Positions 29,371 to 39,005 of a DNA stretch of 64,000 nucleotides are shown here, in pieces. Every line of letters starts with the position of its first letter. Position 1 is the stretch's first letter. Made by a program: the position numbers and the translations under genes. The DNA lies in contig JBGTLG010000015.1 in NCBI GenBank assembly GCA_041744215.1, positions 64,001 to 128,000 of the forward strand, given 5' to 3'. Under the pieces are notes generated by a model. It was given only the letters and a program-made list of their open reading frames with translations. It was not told where the DNA came from and ran no database searches. Origin of the DNA: Fimbriimonadales bacterium (GTDB lineage: Bacteria > Armatimonadota > Fimbriimonadia > Fimbriimonadales > ATM1).

Positions 29371-30374
29371 CGCGCTGCCGCGATACGAACGACATCGCCC
29401 ATCTCGCAGCGAAGTTCGCCCTCGGGAATCGCGATGGCCAGTCCTTCTTGCACAGTCTCGATTCGGCAGAACCCAAGGCTGCGGTCCCGCGCTCGGCCAA
29501 TGACTTGTCCCGACTGCGGGTCTTTCAGCGCGCGGCCCGGGCGTAGCACTTCGAGCCGGTCGCCTTCGGCAAGCCCCGTCTCTGAGCCAGCCGTGATGTA
29601 GATCGCAGAAAGCGACCCGTCCTCTTCTTCATCGACGTCGGCGACCCTCGCTTCCCAAACGAGCTTCTCAAGCTTCTCGACGATCTGCGCGACGGCGCGC
29701 TCGATCGCTTGACGCGTCGCATGACCCAAAGGCGTGCTTTGGAACTGCTCGGCGCTCAGTTTGACGCTCTCTTTATCGAGTGAAATGTTGCGCGCCGAGG
29801 CCTTCGCTTTGCCTTCACCTCGGACCGAGTCGAGAATCACTCCGTTCGTCGGATCAAAGATTCTTAGGTCGATGGCCACCATTGCTTCAAGCTGCGACCC
29901 GGAACCGCTGAGCCCGCCAAGGATTGATATCGAACCGCCAGTGGACGACGTGCGATAGGAATACTCGGTGATGGCGCCCCGGATCAGCGCCTGCGCTTGG
30001 ATCAAAGGAGGCGCCTCGCCCTCTTGCCCGGTCCCGCCGAAAACTCCGCCGCGAGTTTCGTCGAGAATATCCTGAATCGCCTTCCGCTCCAATAGCACGA
30101 ATCGACCAGTCTTCGCCAACGCGGTCGTCAGCATCTCGGTCATCCCCGATCCGAAGTCCGACGGCGGAGGAACGTCCCCCGCCCCGCCCGCGCCAGCCGC
30201 GCCAGAGGCGTCGACCTTGAGCTCGATGTCCATGACCGCCAGCCGCTTGCGCGGCGTTTTTACACGGGCCTGCCCCGCCGCGGCCGTCTGCCAGGTCCAC
30301 GCCTCGGCCGTCGGCTCGGCGCCGATTCCCGGCCCAATTCCGGTCACCGCTATTAGCGAAATCAGTAGGTTCAT
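29367..30374 (-). CDS. CsgG/HfaB family protein with C-terminal beta domain
   Basis: RLAVMD, GMTEMLTTALAKTGRFVLLER, GAITEY, VAIDLRIFD; tail IYITAGSETGL.EGD.LEV. Confidence 0.85.
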   Translation of the reverse strand: MNLLISLIAVTGIGPGIGAEPTAEAWTWQTAAAGQARVKTPRKRLAVMDIELKVDASGAAGAGGAGDVPPPSDFGSGMTEMLTTALAKTGRFVLLERKAIQDILDETRGGVFGGTGQEGEAPPLIQAQALIRGAITEYSYRTSSTGGSISILGGLSGSGSQLEAMVAIDLRIFDPTNGVILDSVRGEGKAKASARNISLDKESVKLSAEQFQSTPLGHATRQAIERAVAQIVEKLEKLVWEARVADVDEEEDGSLSAIYITAGSETGLAEGDRLEVLRPGRALKDPQSGQVIGRARDRSLGFCRIETVQEGLAIAIPEGELRCEMGDVVRIAAAR

Positions 30375-30620
30375 TATTGTTCCTCTCTGTTACGACCTCT
30401 ATTAAACACCAATCGGCGCGCTCAGCGGACTCTGCAGCCCAAAAATTCCCCAACATATCCCAGGCCTCCGTCAGTTCACTGTGTGGAAAGCCACCTCTTG
30501 GCCCACCGCCATGCCAAGACCTCCCTCGAAGTTTTCGACCTGCAAAATCTTCCCATCCCCTAAAGGTTTCGTCAAACATGCCGAGACTCTTACCAGGACA
30601 ATTTGCCCGGAGGGTAACCG

Positions 30621-31439
30621 ATGTACGAATCCTATTGGGGACTGCAGGAACCACCATTCAGCCTTACACCTGACCCGAGGTTTCTCTACCTCAGCCGTTC
30701 ACACGAAGACGCGCTGATGATGCTGCACTATGCCGTGACCAGAAACAAGGGCGCGGCGATGCTTTGCGGCGACATCGGCCTCGGAAAGACGACGATCAGT
30801 CGCAAGCTTCTTGAGCTTTTGGATCCGATCAAGTACCAAGTCGTCCTGATCGTCAACCCAATCCTAACGCCTGTTCAGATTCTCCAAGAGGTTCTGAGCC
30901 AACTCGGCCACGATTCACAATCCCGCAACCGCCAAGTTCTGGTTCAAGAACTCCACAAGGTCTTGCTCGAAAACTACGAGCGCGGACGCACGGCGGTCGT
31001 GCTTGTCGACGAAGCGCACCTAATCCGATCGTCTGCGACGCTCGAAGAGATTCGATTGATGCTCAACTGTCAGATGAACGACCAGTTTCTAATCAATCTT
31101 CTTTTGCTCGGACAGCTCGAGCTAAAGCCGAAGATCGAGAAGGTCCCAGCCCTGCAGCAGCGCATCGCGATCCGCTACTCCATCGGGCCACTCGATGTTA
31201 CGGAAACCGGCGCGATGATCGAACACCGATTGCGGACTGCTGGCTACACAGGCGAGCAAAGCCCGTTCACGCCCGACGCAGTTTTTGAGATTCACAAGTT
31301 TTCAAACGGAACGCCGCGTTTGGTCAGCCAGGCAGCGGACAACGCCTTGCTCGTTGGTGCGATGCAAAAGCTGAAGCGAATTGACGGCTTCACAGTGCAC
31401 GCTATCCTCAACGATTCTCCCGTCGAGGAGGCAGCGTAA
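30621..31439 (+). CDS. ExeA/GspA-family AAA ATPase
   Basis: MYESYWGLQEPPFSLTPDPRFLY, GDIGLGKTT, VDEAH, LLGQLEL, GTPRLV. Confidence 0.92.
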   Translation: MYESYWGLQEPPFSLTPDPRFLYLSRSHEDALMMLHYAVTRNKGAAMLCGDIGLGKTTISRKLLELLDPIKYQVVLIVNPILTPVQILQEVLSQLGHDSQSRNRQVLVQELHKVLLENYERGRTAVVLVDEAHLIRSSATLEEIRLMLNCQMNDQFLINLLLLGQLELKPKIEKVPALQQRIAIRYSIGPLDVTETGAMIEHRLRTAGYTGEQSPFTPDAVFEIHKFSNGTPRLVSQAADNALLVGAMQKLKRIDGFTVHAILNDSPVEEAA

Positions 31440-31927
31440 TGAACCTCGTCGACGCGATCCGCAAAGCGAGTACGCAATCAAATCCGCAGCCAGAACAGGC
31501 GGACGCGACGCCGGCTCCGGCTGCGCAGGCACAAGAATCGACACCTACGCCATCCATAACCCCGCCGGTGCATCAACCTGTTGCCGGAGCATCCGACGTT
31601 CATGAGCCATACGATGTCAACCCAGCCGTAATCGGCGGTGGCGGGTCGGTTGTCCGACTCGAGTTGTTCCTATCGCCAGAGCAAATGCACCAAATGTTGA
31701 GAGGCATCCTCGCCGGTGCGCACTCTGTCATGACGCTTCGCGAAACAGCGCGACACTTGCGAACAAGCATCGGTTCTGTTGTCGCACTCGCCGAGTCCGG
31801 AGACATACCTGCGTTCATGGTGGACGGGGACTGGAAATTCCCGCGACAAGGCGTCGAGGAGTGGATGTCGATTCAGTCAATCAAGGCACAAGGCAGCTAC
31901 CAGGAGGACCAGAAAGATGTCGCTTAG
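31439..31927 (+). CDS. Excisionase/MerR-like (HTH_17) DNA-binding protein
   Basis: VMTLRETARHLR...GDIPAFMVDGDWKF..VEEW after a Pro/Ala-rich linker. Confidence 0.8.
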   Translation: MNLVDAIRKASTQSNPQPEQADATPAPAAQAQESTPTPSITPPVHQPVAGASDVHEPYDVNPAVIGGGGSVVRLELFLSPEQMHQMLRGILAGAHSVMTLRETARHLRTSIGSVVALAESGDIPAFMVDGDWKFPRQGVEEWMSIQSIKAQGSYQEDQKDVA

Positions 31928-33011
31928 TTTCTTTTCGAAAGACAAGTTTGTCGGTATCGACATTGGACACAGCACCATCGATGTCGCTCAAGTCGAAGGC
32001 TCGAACAACGGTGCTCGTGTTACGGGTCTCGGGTTCATCGACACACCCAAGGACAGCGTTCAAGATGGCGTCGTCACGGATCCCCAAGCAGTTGGCAGCG
32101 CGATTCGCCAGTGCTTGAAGGGCGCCCACATATCGGCCACCACTGCAAATGTCGCAGTAGCAGGCTCGACGGTTGTCGTTCGGACGGTGAAGATGCCTAA
32201 CATGCCTGAGGACGCGCTTCGCAAGTCCATCCGGTTCGAAGCGGGACGCTACGTTCCGAGCAGCGTTGAGGAGAGCTACATTGAGTGCGAAGTACTCGGG
32301 CTCCTCGACGACGGACAGATGGAAGTACTTATTGCGGCGTCACCGAAAGACATGGTTGAAAGCAGGCTTGCAGCGATCGCTGCAGCTGGGCTTGACGTGG
32401 AGAGCGTCGACATCGAGGCGTTTGCGGCGTACCGATCACTGATCGAAGCCGACCCCCACAACAACGCGCTCGATGCGGCGATCGCGATCGTAGATGTTGG
32501 CGCGCAGACCACAGATGTCAGCGTCGTCGACCTCGGCGCGTTTAGTCTCACCCGCTCAATCCCAATTGGGGGCGACTCGATGACGGACGCGTTGATTAGC
32601 TACTTCAAGCTTTCTGAGCAAGAGGCAGAAGAAGGCAAGCGTTCGCTGGACCTCGGGCCCCTGACCTCGGACGTGCCCATGGAGAATGCGCCACTCCGCG
32701 TGATTCAGCCGCTCGTCGATGAGTTGGTTCGAGAGATCAGGCGCTCACTCAACTATTTTCACAGTCAGCAGACCGGGCAAGGGAATCCGCGCGCGGTCTC
32801 GCAAATCTATCTTATCGGAGGAGGAAGCCTTCTGGGCGGCCTTCCAAAGTACCTTGGCCATCGCCTCGGGATCGAGGTTGTCACTCCTGATCCCTTTGCC
32901 AACCCGCACTTCTCAATCAACGAGTATTCAACGAGTGCGGACCCGCGCGAGTTGTCTGTAGCGCTTGGCTTAGCGATGCGACGGGCTGGGAAAGTCGCGG
33001 TGGCAGCGTAA
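31917..33011 (+). CDS. pilM: Type IV pilus assembly protein PilM
   Basis: VGIDIG, VDVGAQTT, RSIPIGG, EIRRSLNYF, LIGGGS, VALGLAMR. Confidence 0.93.
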   Translation: MSLSFFSKDKFVGIDIGHSTIDVAQVEGSNNGARVTGLGFIDTPKDSVQDGVVTDPQAVGSAIRQCLKGAHISATTANVAVAGSTVVVRTVKMPNMPEDALRKSIRFEAGRYVPSSVEESYIECEVLGLLDDGQMEVLIAASPKDMVESRLAAIAAAGLDVESVDIEAFAAYRSLIEADPHNNALDAAIAIVDVGAQTTDVSVVDLGAFSLTRSIPIGGDSMTDALISYFKLSEQEAEEGKRSLDLGPLTSDVPMENAPLRVIQPLVDELVREIRRSLNYFHSQQTGQGNPRAVSQIYLIGGGSLLGGLPKYLGHRLGIEVVTPDPFANPHFSINEYSTSADPRELSVALGLAMRRAGKVAVAA

Positions 33012-33021
33012 GGAGAAAGCT

Positions 33022-33624
33022 ATGCCCTACATCAACCTAATAGCGGAACAGCGCAAGCAAAAGCGTGACAGAGAGCGCAAGGCCAGGTCTTGGTTTTTCG
33101 CCTTTCTAGGCGTAAGCGTTCTTGGTCTCGGCACCGTTGGATTCCTGACCCTCAAGGCAGAATCTGCGTCGGCCGAAGCGCGGTCTCTGCAAACCAAGCT
33201 TGACGAACTTCGACCCCACAAAGAGCAGATCGAAGGGAATGAGAAGGTGCTGATGTCGCTCAAGCCGCGGCTTGAGACGCTCAGCAAGGCTCGACTCGAC
33301 ACAGAGCGCTGGTGGAGAATTTTGGATCACGCAAGCTTGGTCATCCCCCCCGAGACGTTCTTCACTCGCGTGAAGGCTACTGCTGGCAACGACCTAACAA
33401 AGCCAGTGGAATTGGCTTGGACAGGCATGAGCGTGGATCAGAACTTGATCGGCGAACTGATGCTGCGTCTGCAGCGCAGCCCCGATTTGGCAGAGGTTGC
33501 ACTCAAGTACACGGATCAGAAACGGACACCGCAAGGAACGGGACTTGAGTTCCAAATAGTGTGCTTCGTTCCGGGAACCGAGGAGTCAACGCGAGCACCC
33601 AAGAAGGAAGATACAAAGTCATGA
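33022..33624 (+). CDS. pilN: Type IV pilus assembly protein PilN
   Basis: INL motif, one TM helix, coiled coil; follows pilM. Confidence 0.85.
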   Translation: MPYINLIAEQRKQKRDRERKARSWFFAFLGVSVLGLGTVGFLTLKAESASAEARSLQTKLDELRPHKEQIEGNEKVLMSLKPRLETLSKARLDTERWWRILDHASLVIPPETFFTRVKATAGNDLTKPVELAWTGMSVDQNLIGELMLRLQRSPDLAEVALKYTDQKRTPQGTGLEFQIVCFVPGTEESTRAPKKEDTKS

Positions 33625-34265
33625 AAAACTCAGGCGCGAATCCATCATTCTTCGCGGCGCTCGCTGCCGTCAGTCTCGTCGTCGCAGGCGGCGGTGCTTA
33701 CTGGCAATACGGGAATGCGTCCGCTAATGAAGCCGTTGTTCGTTCGATGAAGCAAGAGATCGGCGGGACACCGAACCTCGTCGAACAAGCTGCGCTGTCT
33801 GAGGCCGAACTCGTGAAGAGTCAGTTCGAATTGACTCACCTGGAGCTCGGAGTCGCGACGGCCGAATACGTTCCCACGCTATTGCAGGAACTAGAGGCCA
33901 CAGGAAAGCAGTCCGGGCTCGACATTGTCGGTGTGCGCCCTGTGGTCAAGCAGCAAAAGAAGAAGCCCACGAACGACAAGGACGAGCCGAAGGAAGTGAG
34001 AAAGGCGTACGAGGAGCTCGATGTCGAAGTGAAGTGTCGCGGCGAGTTCAGCGCGATCATGACTTTCCTCCAGAAGCTTGCAGATTTTCCGAAGATTGTA
34101 GGGGTAAGGCACATGAGCCTCGATCCAAAAACTAAGCCTGACGGGCTCACACTCGAAATGGTTGAGTCGGTGATCGTGCTTCGTGTCTACGTCTTCAGTC
34201 AATCACGCGATACAAGCCAGGGTTCAGGTGATCCGGCTGAACGGAAGTCAGAAGGAGCAGCGTAA
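33621..34265 (+). CDS. pilO: Type IV pilus assembly protein PilO
   Basis: N-terminal TM, VPTLLQEL, GEFSAIMTFLQKL..FPKIV; operon position. Confidence 0.82.
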   Translation: MKNSGANPSFFAALAAVSLVVAGGGAYWQYGNASANEAVVRSMKQEIGGTPNLVEQAALSEAELVKSQFELTHLELGVATAEYVPTLLQELEATGKQSGLDIVGVRPVVKQQKKKPTNDKDEPKEVRKAYEELDVEVKCRGEFSAIMTFLQKLADFPKIVGVRHMSLDPKTKPDGLTLEMVESVIVLRVYVFSQSRDTSQGSGDPAERKSEGAA

Positions 34266-34897
34266 TGAAGGACGAGAAAGACAAGAAGAAGATCGTTATC
34301 ATCGGAGTACTGGCTGTTGCCGTCCTCGGGATTGGCGCCTGGCAATTCAGCTCGGCGAAGAGTACGCCCGGCAGCAAGAGCGCCAAGGAAAGTGCAAAGT
34401 CTGCGAGCCAGTCCGAGCCAACTCGAGAAACCATTGTTGCGGACCTCGACATGATCGGCCTGAAGCGCAGGAATCCATTTCAGCCGAGCGCGCTTGCAGA
34501 AATGCAGCCGACGCAAGCTGAGAGCACTACTGTTGTAGCACCGCCTCAGGCTTCCTCAAACGGGGCTCGTCCGAGTGGGCCGCGAGGAAGCTCCATTACG
34601 CCAGACATCAGCAAGTACCCGTTCACGTTTGATGGCGAACCGTCGCTCACTCCAGGTGTTGAGTTGACGCCAGGCACGCCACTTCGTTCACCTAACGAAT
34701 TCACCTACTCCCTCGTTGGAGTCGTCGATGGTCCGCGGCCGGTTGCCGTGTTCCGCGGCGACGACGGCACACAAAGGATGGTCCGTCTCAACGAGAGCGT
34801 AGGATCGAATAACAGCAAAGTCGTTGGCATACAAAATGGACAAGTAAAGGTTCAGCACAACGGCAAAACCATCACCTTATCGGTGGGAGGCAACTAA
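34265..34897 (+). CDS. PilP/GspC-like protein
   Basis: N-terminal TM, RRNPF, LVGVV..PVAVF...VVGI C-terminal domain; between pilO and the secretin. Confidence 0.7.
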   Translation: MKDEKDKKKIVIIGVLAVAVLGIGAWQFSSAKSTPGSKSAKESAKSASQSEPTRETIVADLDMIGLKRRNPFQPSALAEMQPTQAESTTVVAPPQASSNGARPSGPRGSSITPDISKYPFTFDGEPSLTPGVELTPGTPLRSPNEFTYSLVGVVDGPRPVAVFRGDDGTQRMVRLNESVGSNNSKVVGIQNGQVKVQHNGKTITLSVGGN

Positions 34898-34901
34898 GAC
34901 C

Positions 34902-37529
34902 ATGAAGCTCGTAGGAACGCGTTTGTTGGCCCTTTCTTTGGGCCTGCTGGCGGCGGCCGGTGCCTACGCTCAGGGCAAGATTACAAGCGTCACTGGAGCG
35001 AAATCCAGTGACGGCTACATCTTGCATGTCCGGGGCGAAAACATCCAGAACCCGCAGATCAGCAAAATCAATGCAGGCAAGACTGCTCTCGTCTCATTCA
35101 AAGCAGTGTGGCAGAGCAAGACAACGACTGTCAAAGTCGGAATCCACGGCATCGATCAGTATCGCATCGGACAGTTTCAACCCACGATTGCAAGGATTGC
35201 GATTCAAGTATCGCAAGAACTTGATATTTCAGCAAGCAAGGCAGAATCAGGTTGGGACATCGCTATCTCGAAGGTTGGCGCGAAGCCGATTAATGAGAGA
35301 TCGAAATCAGCAGAAGAAGATGCCCTTGCGATGACAAAAGCCATCAGCGAGCTTGCCCAGCCGGTCTCGCCTGTCAGCACAAAGACCAAGAGCGACACGG
35401 AGGTCACGACTAGTAACTTGCCAGCTGCCGCTCAGCAACCGACTCCCTCGCCAATGGTGATCAAGCCTTTGGAGCCGCGCACGCATGCTGCAGCGCCCAG
35501 CGCGCAGTCGCGCGTGATGCTCGACTTCTCTGACACAGAAGTTGCGATCATCATCAAGGCACTTGCCGAACAGACGGGATCCAACATCGTCACTTCGCCG
35601 GAAGTTCGATCGACTCTCACCGTTTCTCTGAAGAATGTTACGGTTGAGCAAGCTCTCGATCTCGTAACGAAGCTGTCAGGTTTCCGGTATGCAAAGATCG
35701 GCAACACCTACGTCGTAGGCACTTCCTCATTCTTGCAGAAAGTGCTCGCACAGGAACCGTCTGCAACGGCACACCTCACGACGACTCGAGTCGTCCCGCT
35801 CGCGAGCCGTAAAGCTGGCGAGATCAAGCGAACCGTTTTGAAAGCGCTCAGCATCGATTCGGTCAACGAGACGCTTCGTGTCGTCCACCCGAGTGAGGGT
35901 GGCGATCTTAGCGATCTGCCGATCACCGCCGAGGGAGGCAAGGCCTCGTCCAACCCACCTGCCGGCGGGGCTCCGCCTGTGACAGGCGGGGATCAAGGCG
36001 CTCCTCCGGTTACGACCGGTGGTCAGGCACAACCGCCCGCACAAGGCGGCAGCGGCGGTGTCGAAGGACCGAAAGAAGCTCCCGTGAATGCAGAGGGCGA
36101 CGCAGACTATCTGATTCTCATCGGCGAGAAGGGTCGCGTCGAGCAAGCGATGGCTATGATCACTCAGATCGACAGTGCGCTTGCCGACATGCTGGGTATC
36201 AATTCGAAGGACTCAGTCAACCTCAGGCCGATTACAATGACTTACGTTGTTCGAGGTGGCACAGCGGAGGATCTCGCCACGGCAATCAAGGCTTTCGCCG
36301 GACCCGTATCTGTTGTTGCGACTCCAAAGACGAGTCGAGCCGGGCAGATGCTCGTGTTGCACGGCAGGCCTGGCGAAGTGGAGCGCCTCTTCGCGATGCT
36401 AACGAAGATCGACGACGTTTCCGCTCTTGGAGAAATCGTCTATACAGTGTACGACGTGAAGTACTCGGATCCTCGCGCACTACGTGACCGATTGTCCAAG
36501 ACGTTCGAAATGCTGACCGTCATGACGGGCGCAGAGGGCGTTTCGGGACTCAGCTACACAGACCTAAGTGGCGCAGGCGGCGGGACAGCGGCAACTACTG
36601 GGGATGACGGCGGAAAGCTTTCCGAAGGAATCTCTGCGATTTCCGGCAAGCCGGTCTTCACGCCTCGCGAACTCGTTTCGGTGCCGATGAAGCTAATCAT
36701 CAGCGGTCCTCGCGATTCGGTCGACGCTGCGCTCACAATGCTCAATGCGATCGACCTTCCCATTCCACAGGTTCAGATTGAAGCTCGAATCGTCGACGCA
36801 ACCAAAGAGGAGATTATGAAGGCTGGAATCAGCTGGGACCTCGTCACCGGCAGCGCCGTCAAGATCATCAATCTAAACAATTCGCAGCCAGCAGGAGGAG
36901 ACGGATCGCCGTTCAACTCGGTCACCACGACCATCACCGGCAAGGGCTGGGGTGGAGATGTCATCGCTACACTCGATAAGGCGATTGCGAAGGCCAACTT
37001 CATCAGCAGGCCTAACGTCGTCGCAACTGATGGCCGTGAGTCAGTCGTCTTCATCGGCGACGTCGTACGGTACATCAAGTCGATTCAAGTTACGCCGACC
37101 GGCACCAGCATAGAAGTTGGTGAAGAAGAGGTTGGCGTCAAACTCAACGTGATGCCGAGAGTGGGTGGAGACGGGTCCATCACTCTCGAAGTGCAGCCAA
37201 CCGTTTCGTTCATCCGAAGCTTCCTCGACACGGGCACCGGCGGGCAGATTCCTATCACCGCTGTGCGAACTGCGAGAAGCACGATGAGACTGGCGGATGG
37301 TGAAACCGTCGCAATCGGTGGACTCATCACAGATGAAGTACGGAAGGAAGTCAGCGGGATCCCGATCCTCATGGATCTTCCCATCATTGGCCAGCTCTTC
37401 CGACGGACGACGAACTCGAAGCGACAGGGAGAAATCATCATCTTCCTCAGCGCGAAAATCGTCGACGGAACCAACATCTCCAGCGGGGCGACCGTAGCCC
37501 CGACAACCGGAGACAAGGTCAAGGGATAA
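34902..37529 (+). CDS. pilQ: Secretin (PilQ/GspD family)
   Basis: Signal peptide, LDFSDTEV N0 domain, repeated N-domains, PQVQIEARIV, VGVKLNVMP, DGETVAIGGL, GIPILMDLPIIGQLFR. Confidence 0.9.
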   Translation: MKLVGTRLLALSLGLLAAAGAYAQGKITSVTGAKSSDGYILHVRGENIQNPQISKINAGKTALVSFKAVWQSKTTTVKVGIHGIDQYRIGQFQPTIARIAIQVSQELDISASKAESGWDIAISKVGAKPINERSKSAEEDALAMTKAISELAQPVSPVSTKTKSDTEVTTSNLPAAAQQPTPSPMVIKPLEPRTHAAAPSAQSRVMLDFSDTEVAIIIKALAEQTGSNIVTSPEVRSTLTVSLKNVTVEQALDLVTKLSGFRYAKIGNTYVVGTSSFLQKVLAQEPSATAHLTTTRVVPLASRKAGEIKRTVLKALSIDSVNETLRVVHPSEGGDLSDLPITAEGGKASSNPPAGGAPPVTGGDQGAPPVTTGGQAQPPAQGGSGGVEGPKEAPVNAEGDADYLILIGEKGRVEQAMAMITQIDSALADMLGINSKDSVNLRPITMTYVVRGGTAEDLATAIKAFAGPVSVVATPKTSRAGQMLVLHGRPGEVERLFAMLTKIDDVSALGEIVYTVYDVKYSDPRALRDRLSKTFEMLTVMTGAEGVSGLSYTDLSGAGGGTAATTGDDGGKLSEGISAISGKPVFTPRELVSVPMKLIISGPRDSVDAALTMLNAIDLPIPQVQIEARIVDATKEEIMKAGISWDLVTGSAVKIINLNNSQPAGGDGSPFNSVTTTITGKGWGGDVIATLDKAIAKANFISRPNVVATDGRESVVFIGDVVRYIKSIQVTPTGTSIEVGEEEVGVKLNVMPRVGGDGSITLEVQPTVSFIRSFLDTGTGGQIPITAVRTARSTMRLADGETVAIGGLITDEVRKEVSGIPILMDLPIIGQLFRRTTNSKRQGEIIIFLSAKIVDGTNISSGATVAPTTGDKVKG

Positions 37530-37549
37530 AGTAAACAGCCTCCCAGTGA

Positions 37550-37587
37550 CAGAATGGCCCTGCTGGCGAACCGGCGGGGCCATTCTG
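37550..37587 (+). terminator. Strong hairpin after the secretin gene
   Basis: CAGAATGGCCCTGCTGG-CGAA-CCGGCGGGGCCATTCTG followed by GTTT. Confidence 0.75.
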
Positions 37588-37682
37588 GTTTGGTGGTCTA
37601 GAGAATCCGGCGAACTTTCCTGTGGTAGGGGGCGTCTCTATCTTTAGACAAGTCTTTCAAATAGCCACTCCTGCACTACTAC

Positions 37683-37707
37683 AGCCCCCGGCATTTTGCT
37701 GGGGGCT
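37683..37707. terminator. GC-rich hairpin in the pilQ/gspE gap
   Basis: AGCCCCCGGCA-TTT-TGCTGGGGGCT. Confidence 0.6.
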
Positions 37708-37736
37708 TAGTCCTTGTTGGGGTGTGTTGAGCGTGG

Positions 37737-39005
37737 CTAGCCTTCGATGCTCGCGCTGTAGACCGCGCGGATCACTTCATCGGGGGTGGTTAGCCCGCGA
37801 AGTATCTTGTCCCTTCCGTCCTCCATCATTGTGCGCATGCCTTGACGCCTCGCCGCCGCCTGAATCTCGCCGTGTTGGGAACCTCGCGCGATGGCTGCAC
37901 GCATGTCTGGTGTCCCAAGAAACAGCTCGAAGACGCCGCTTCGGCCTTTGTATCCTGAACCTCGGCATTCGGCGCAGCCTTCTCCCTTCATAAACTGCCC
38001 TTGCACGGGCATCCCGGGCTCAAAGCCGAGGGCGACTAGCTCATCCTCGGTCGGCTCGAACTTTTTCGAGCAGGCCTGGCAGTTCATTCGGATGAGGCGC
38101 TGCGCCATCACGCCCACACATACTGCCGCGGCGAGATATGGCTCGGCACCCATGTCGAACATTCGCCCAATCGTCTCCACAGAGTTGTTCGTGTGGATCG
38201 TGGTCAAAACGAGGTGGCCTGTCAATGCGGCCTGGATGCCAATTCCGAGGGACTCTGGGTCGCGCATTTCACCGACCATCATCACGTCCGGGTCTTGTCG
38301 CAAGAATGTGCGCATGACTCGCGGGAACGACATCTTTTCTGTGACTTGGACCTGCGTAACGCTGTCGCTGAACTCGTATTCGATTGGGTCTTCGACTGTC
38401 ACGATGTTACGGTTCTTGCGGTCAAGCTGGTTGAGGCTGGCATAGAGTGTCGACGTTTTTCCTGAACCAGTTGGGCCTGTGACAAGGATCATTCCGTAAG
38501 GGCTCTGGAGCGCTTTCATCCACTTCACGCGCGTCTCGGAGTCCATTCCCAAGGCATCTAGTTCAACCCTCATAGAACCTGGGTCGAGCAGACGAAGAAC
38601 GCACTTCTCGCCATTCAGTGCAGGCACCACGGAACAACGTGCGCTCAGCTTTCTTCCGTTGTATTCCATGTCGATGCGGCCGTCCTGCGGTTCGCGGCGC
38701 TCGTCAATGTGCATACCCGCTGCCAACTTGATGCGCGCCAATACGTTGGCGGCGGTTTCTGGAGGAAGCTGTCCGTTCTCCGTGAGCTGACCGTCGACGC
38801 GAAAACGGATCTTGAGTTGCTCTCGCTCCGGCTGAAGGTGGATATCGCTCGCCCCCGCCTCGAGCGCGTTCATGAAGATGTTATCGACAATCTGCACGGC
38901 GATAGACATCTCCTCGCCGCCCATCTCTCGTGACTTGCCCTGCTCTCGCAGAATCAGCCGGAAGCGCTTCATCGCGCCCCAATTTGTTTGCCCAACGTTG
39001 TTCAT
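37737..39005 (-). CDS. GspE/PilB-family ATPase lacking the N-terminal N1 domain
   Basis: ASDIH, PQDGR, GPTGSGKTSTLY, VEDPIEY, RQDPDVMMVGEMRD, TGHLV, tetracysteine site. Likely start ATG 39005 (MNNVGQ). Confidence 0.9.
   Translation of the reverse strand: MNNVGQTNWGAMKRFRLILREQGKSREMGGEEMSIAVQIVDNIFMNALEAGASDIHLQPEREQLKIRFRVDGQLTENGQLPPETAANVLARIKLAAGMHIDERREPQDGRIDMEYNGRKLSARCSVVPALNGEKCVLRLLDPGSMRVELDALGMDSETRVKWMKALQSPYGMILVTGPTGSGKTSTLYASLNQLDRKNRNIVTVEDPIEYEFSDSVTQVQVTEKMSFPRVMRTFLRQDPDVMMVGEMRDPESLGIGIQAALTGHLVLTTIHTNNSVETIGRMFDMGAEPYLAAAVCVGVMAQRLIRMNCQACSKKFEPTEDELVALGFEPGMPVQGQFMKGEGCAECRGSGYKGRSGVFELFLGTPDMRAAIARGSQHGEIQAAARRQGMRTMMEDGRDKILRGLTTPDEVIRAVYSASIEG

Noticed and set aside
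30482-30490. TGTGGAAAG, DnaA-box-like
   Set aside because: Single copy with two mismatches; no cluster.
31439-31927. Excisionase-like gene as prophage evidence
   Set aside because: Coupled within the pilus operon; no phage genes nearby.
37683-37707. Hairpin resembling an IS200/IS605 end or REP
   Set aside because: Single copy; no tnpA/tnpB or RAYT gene in the window.
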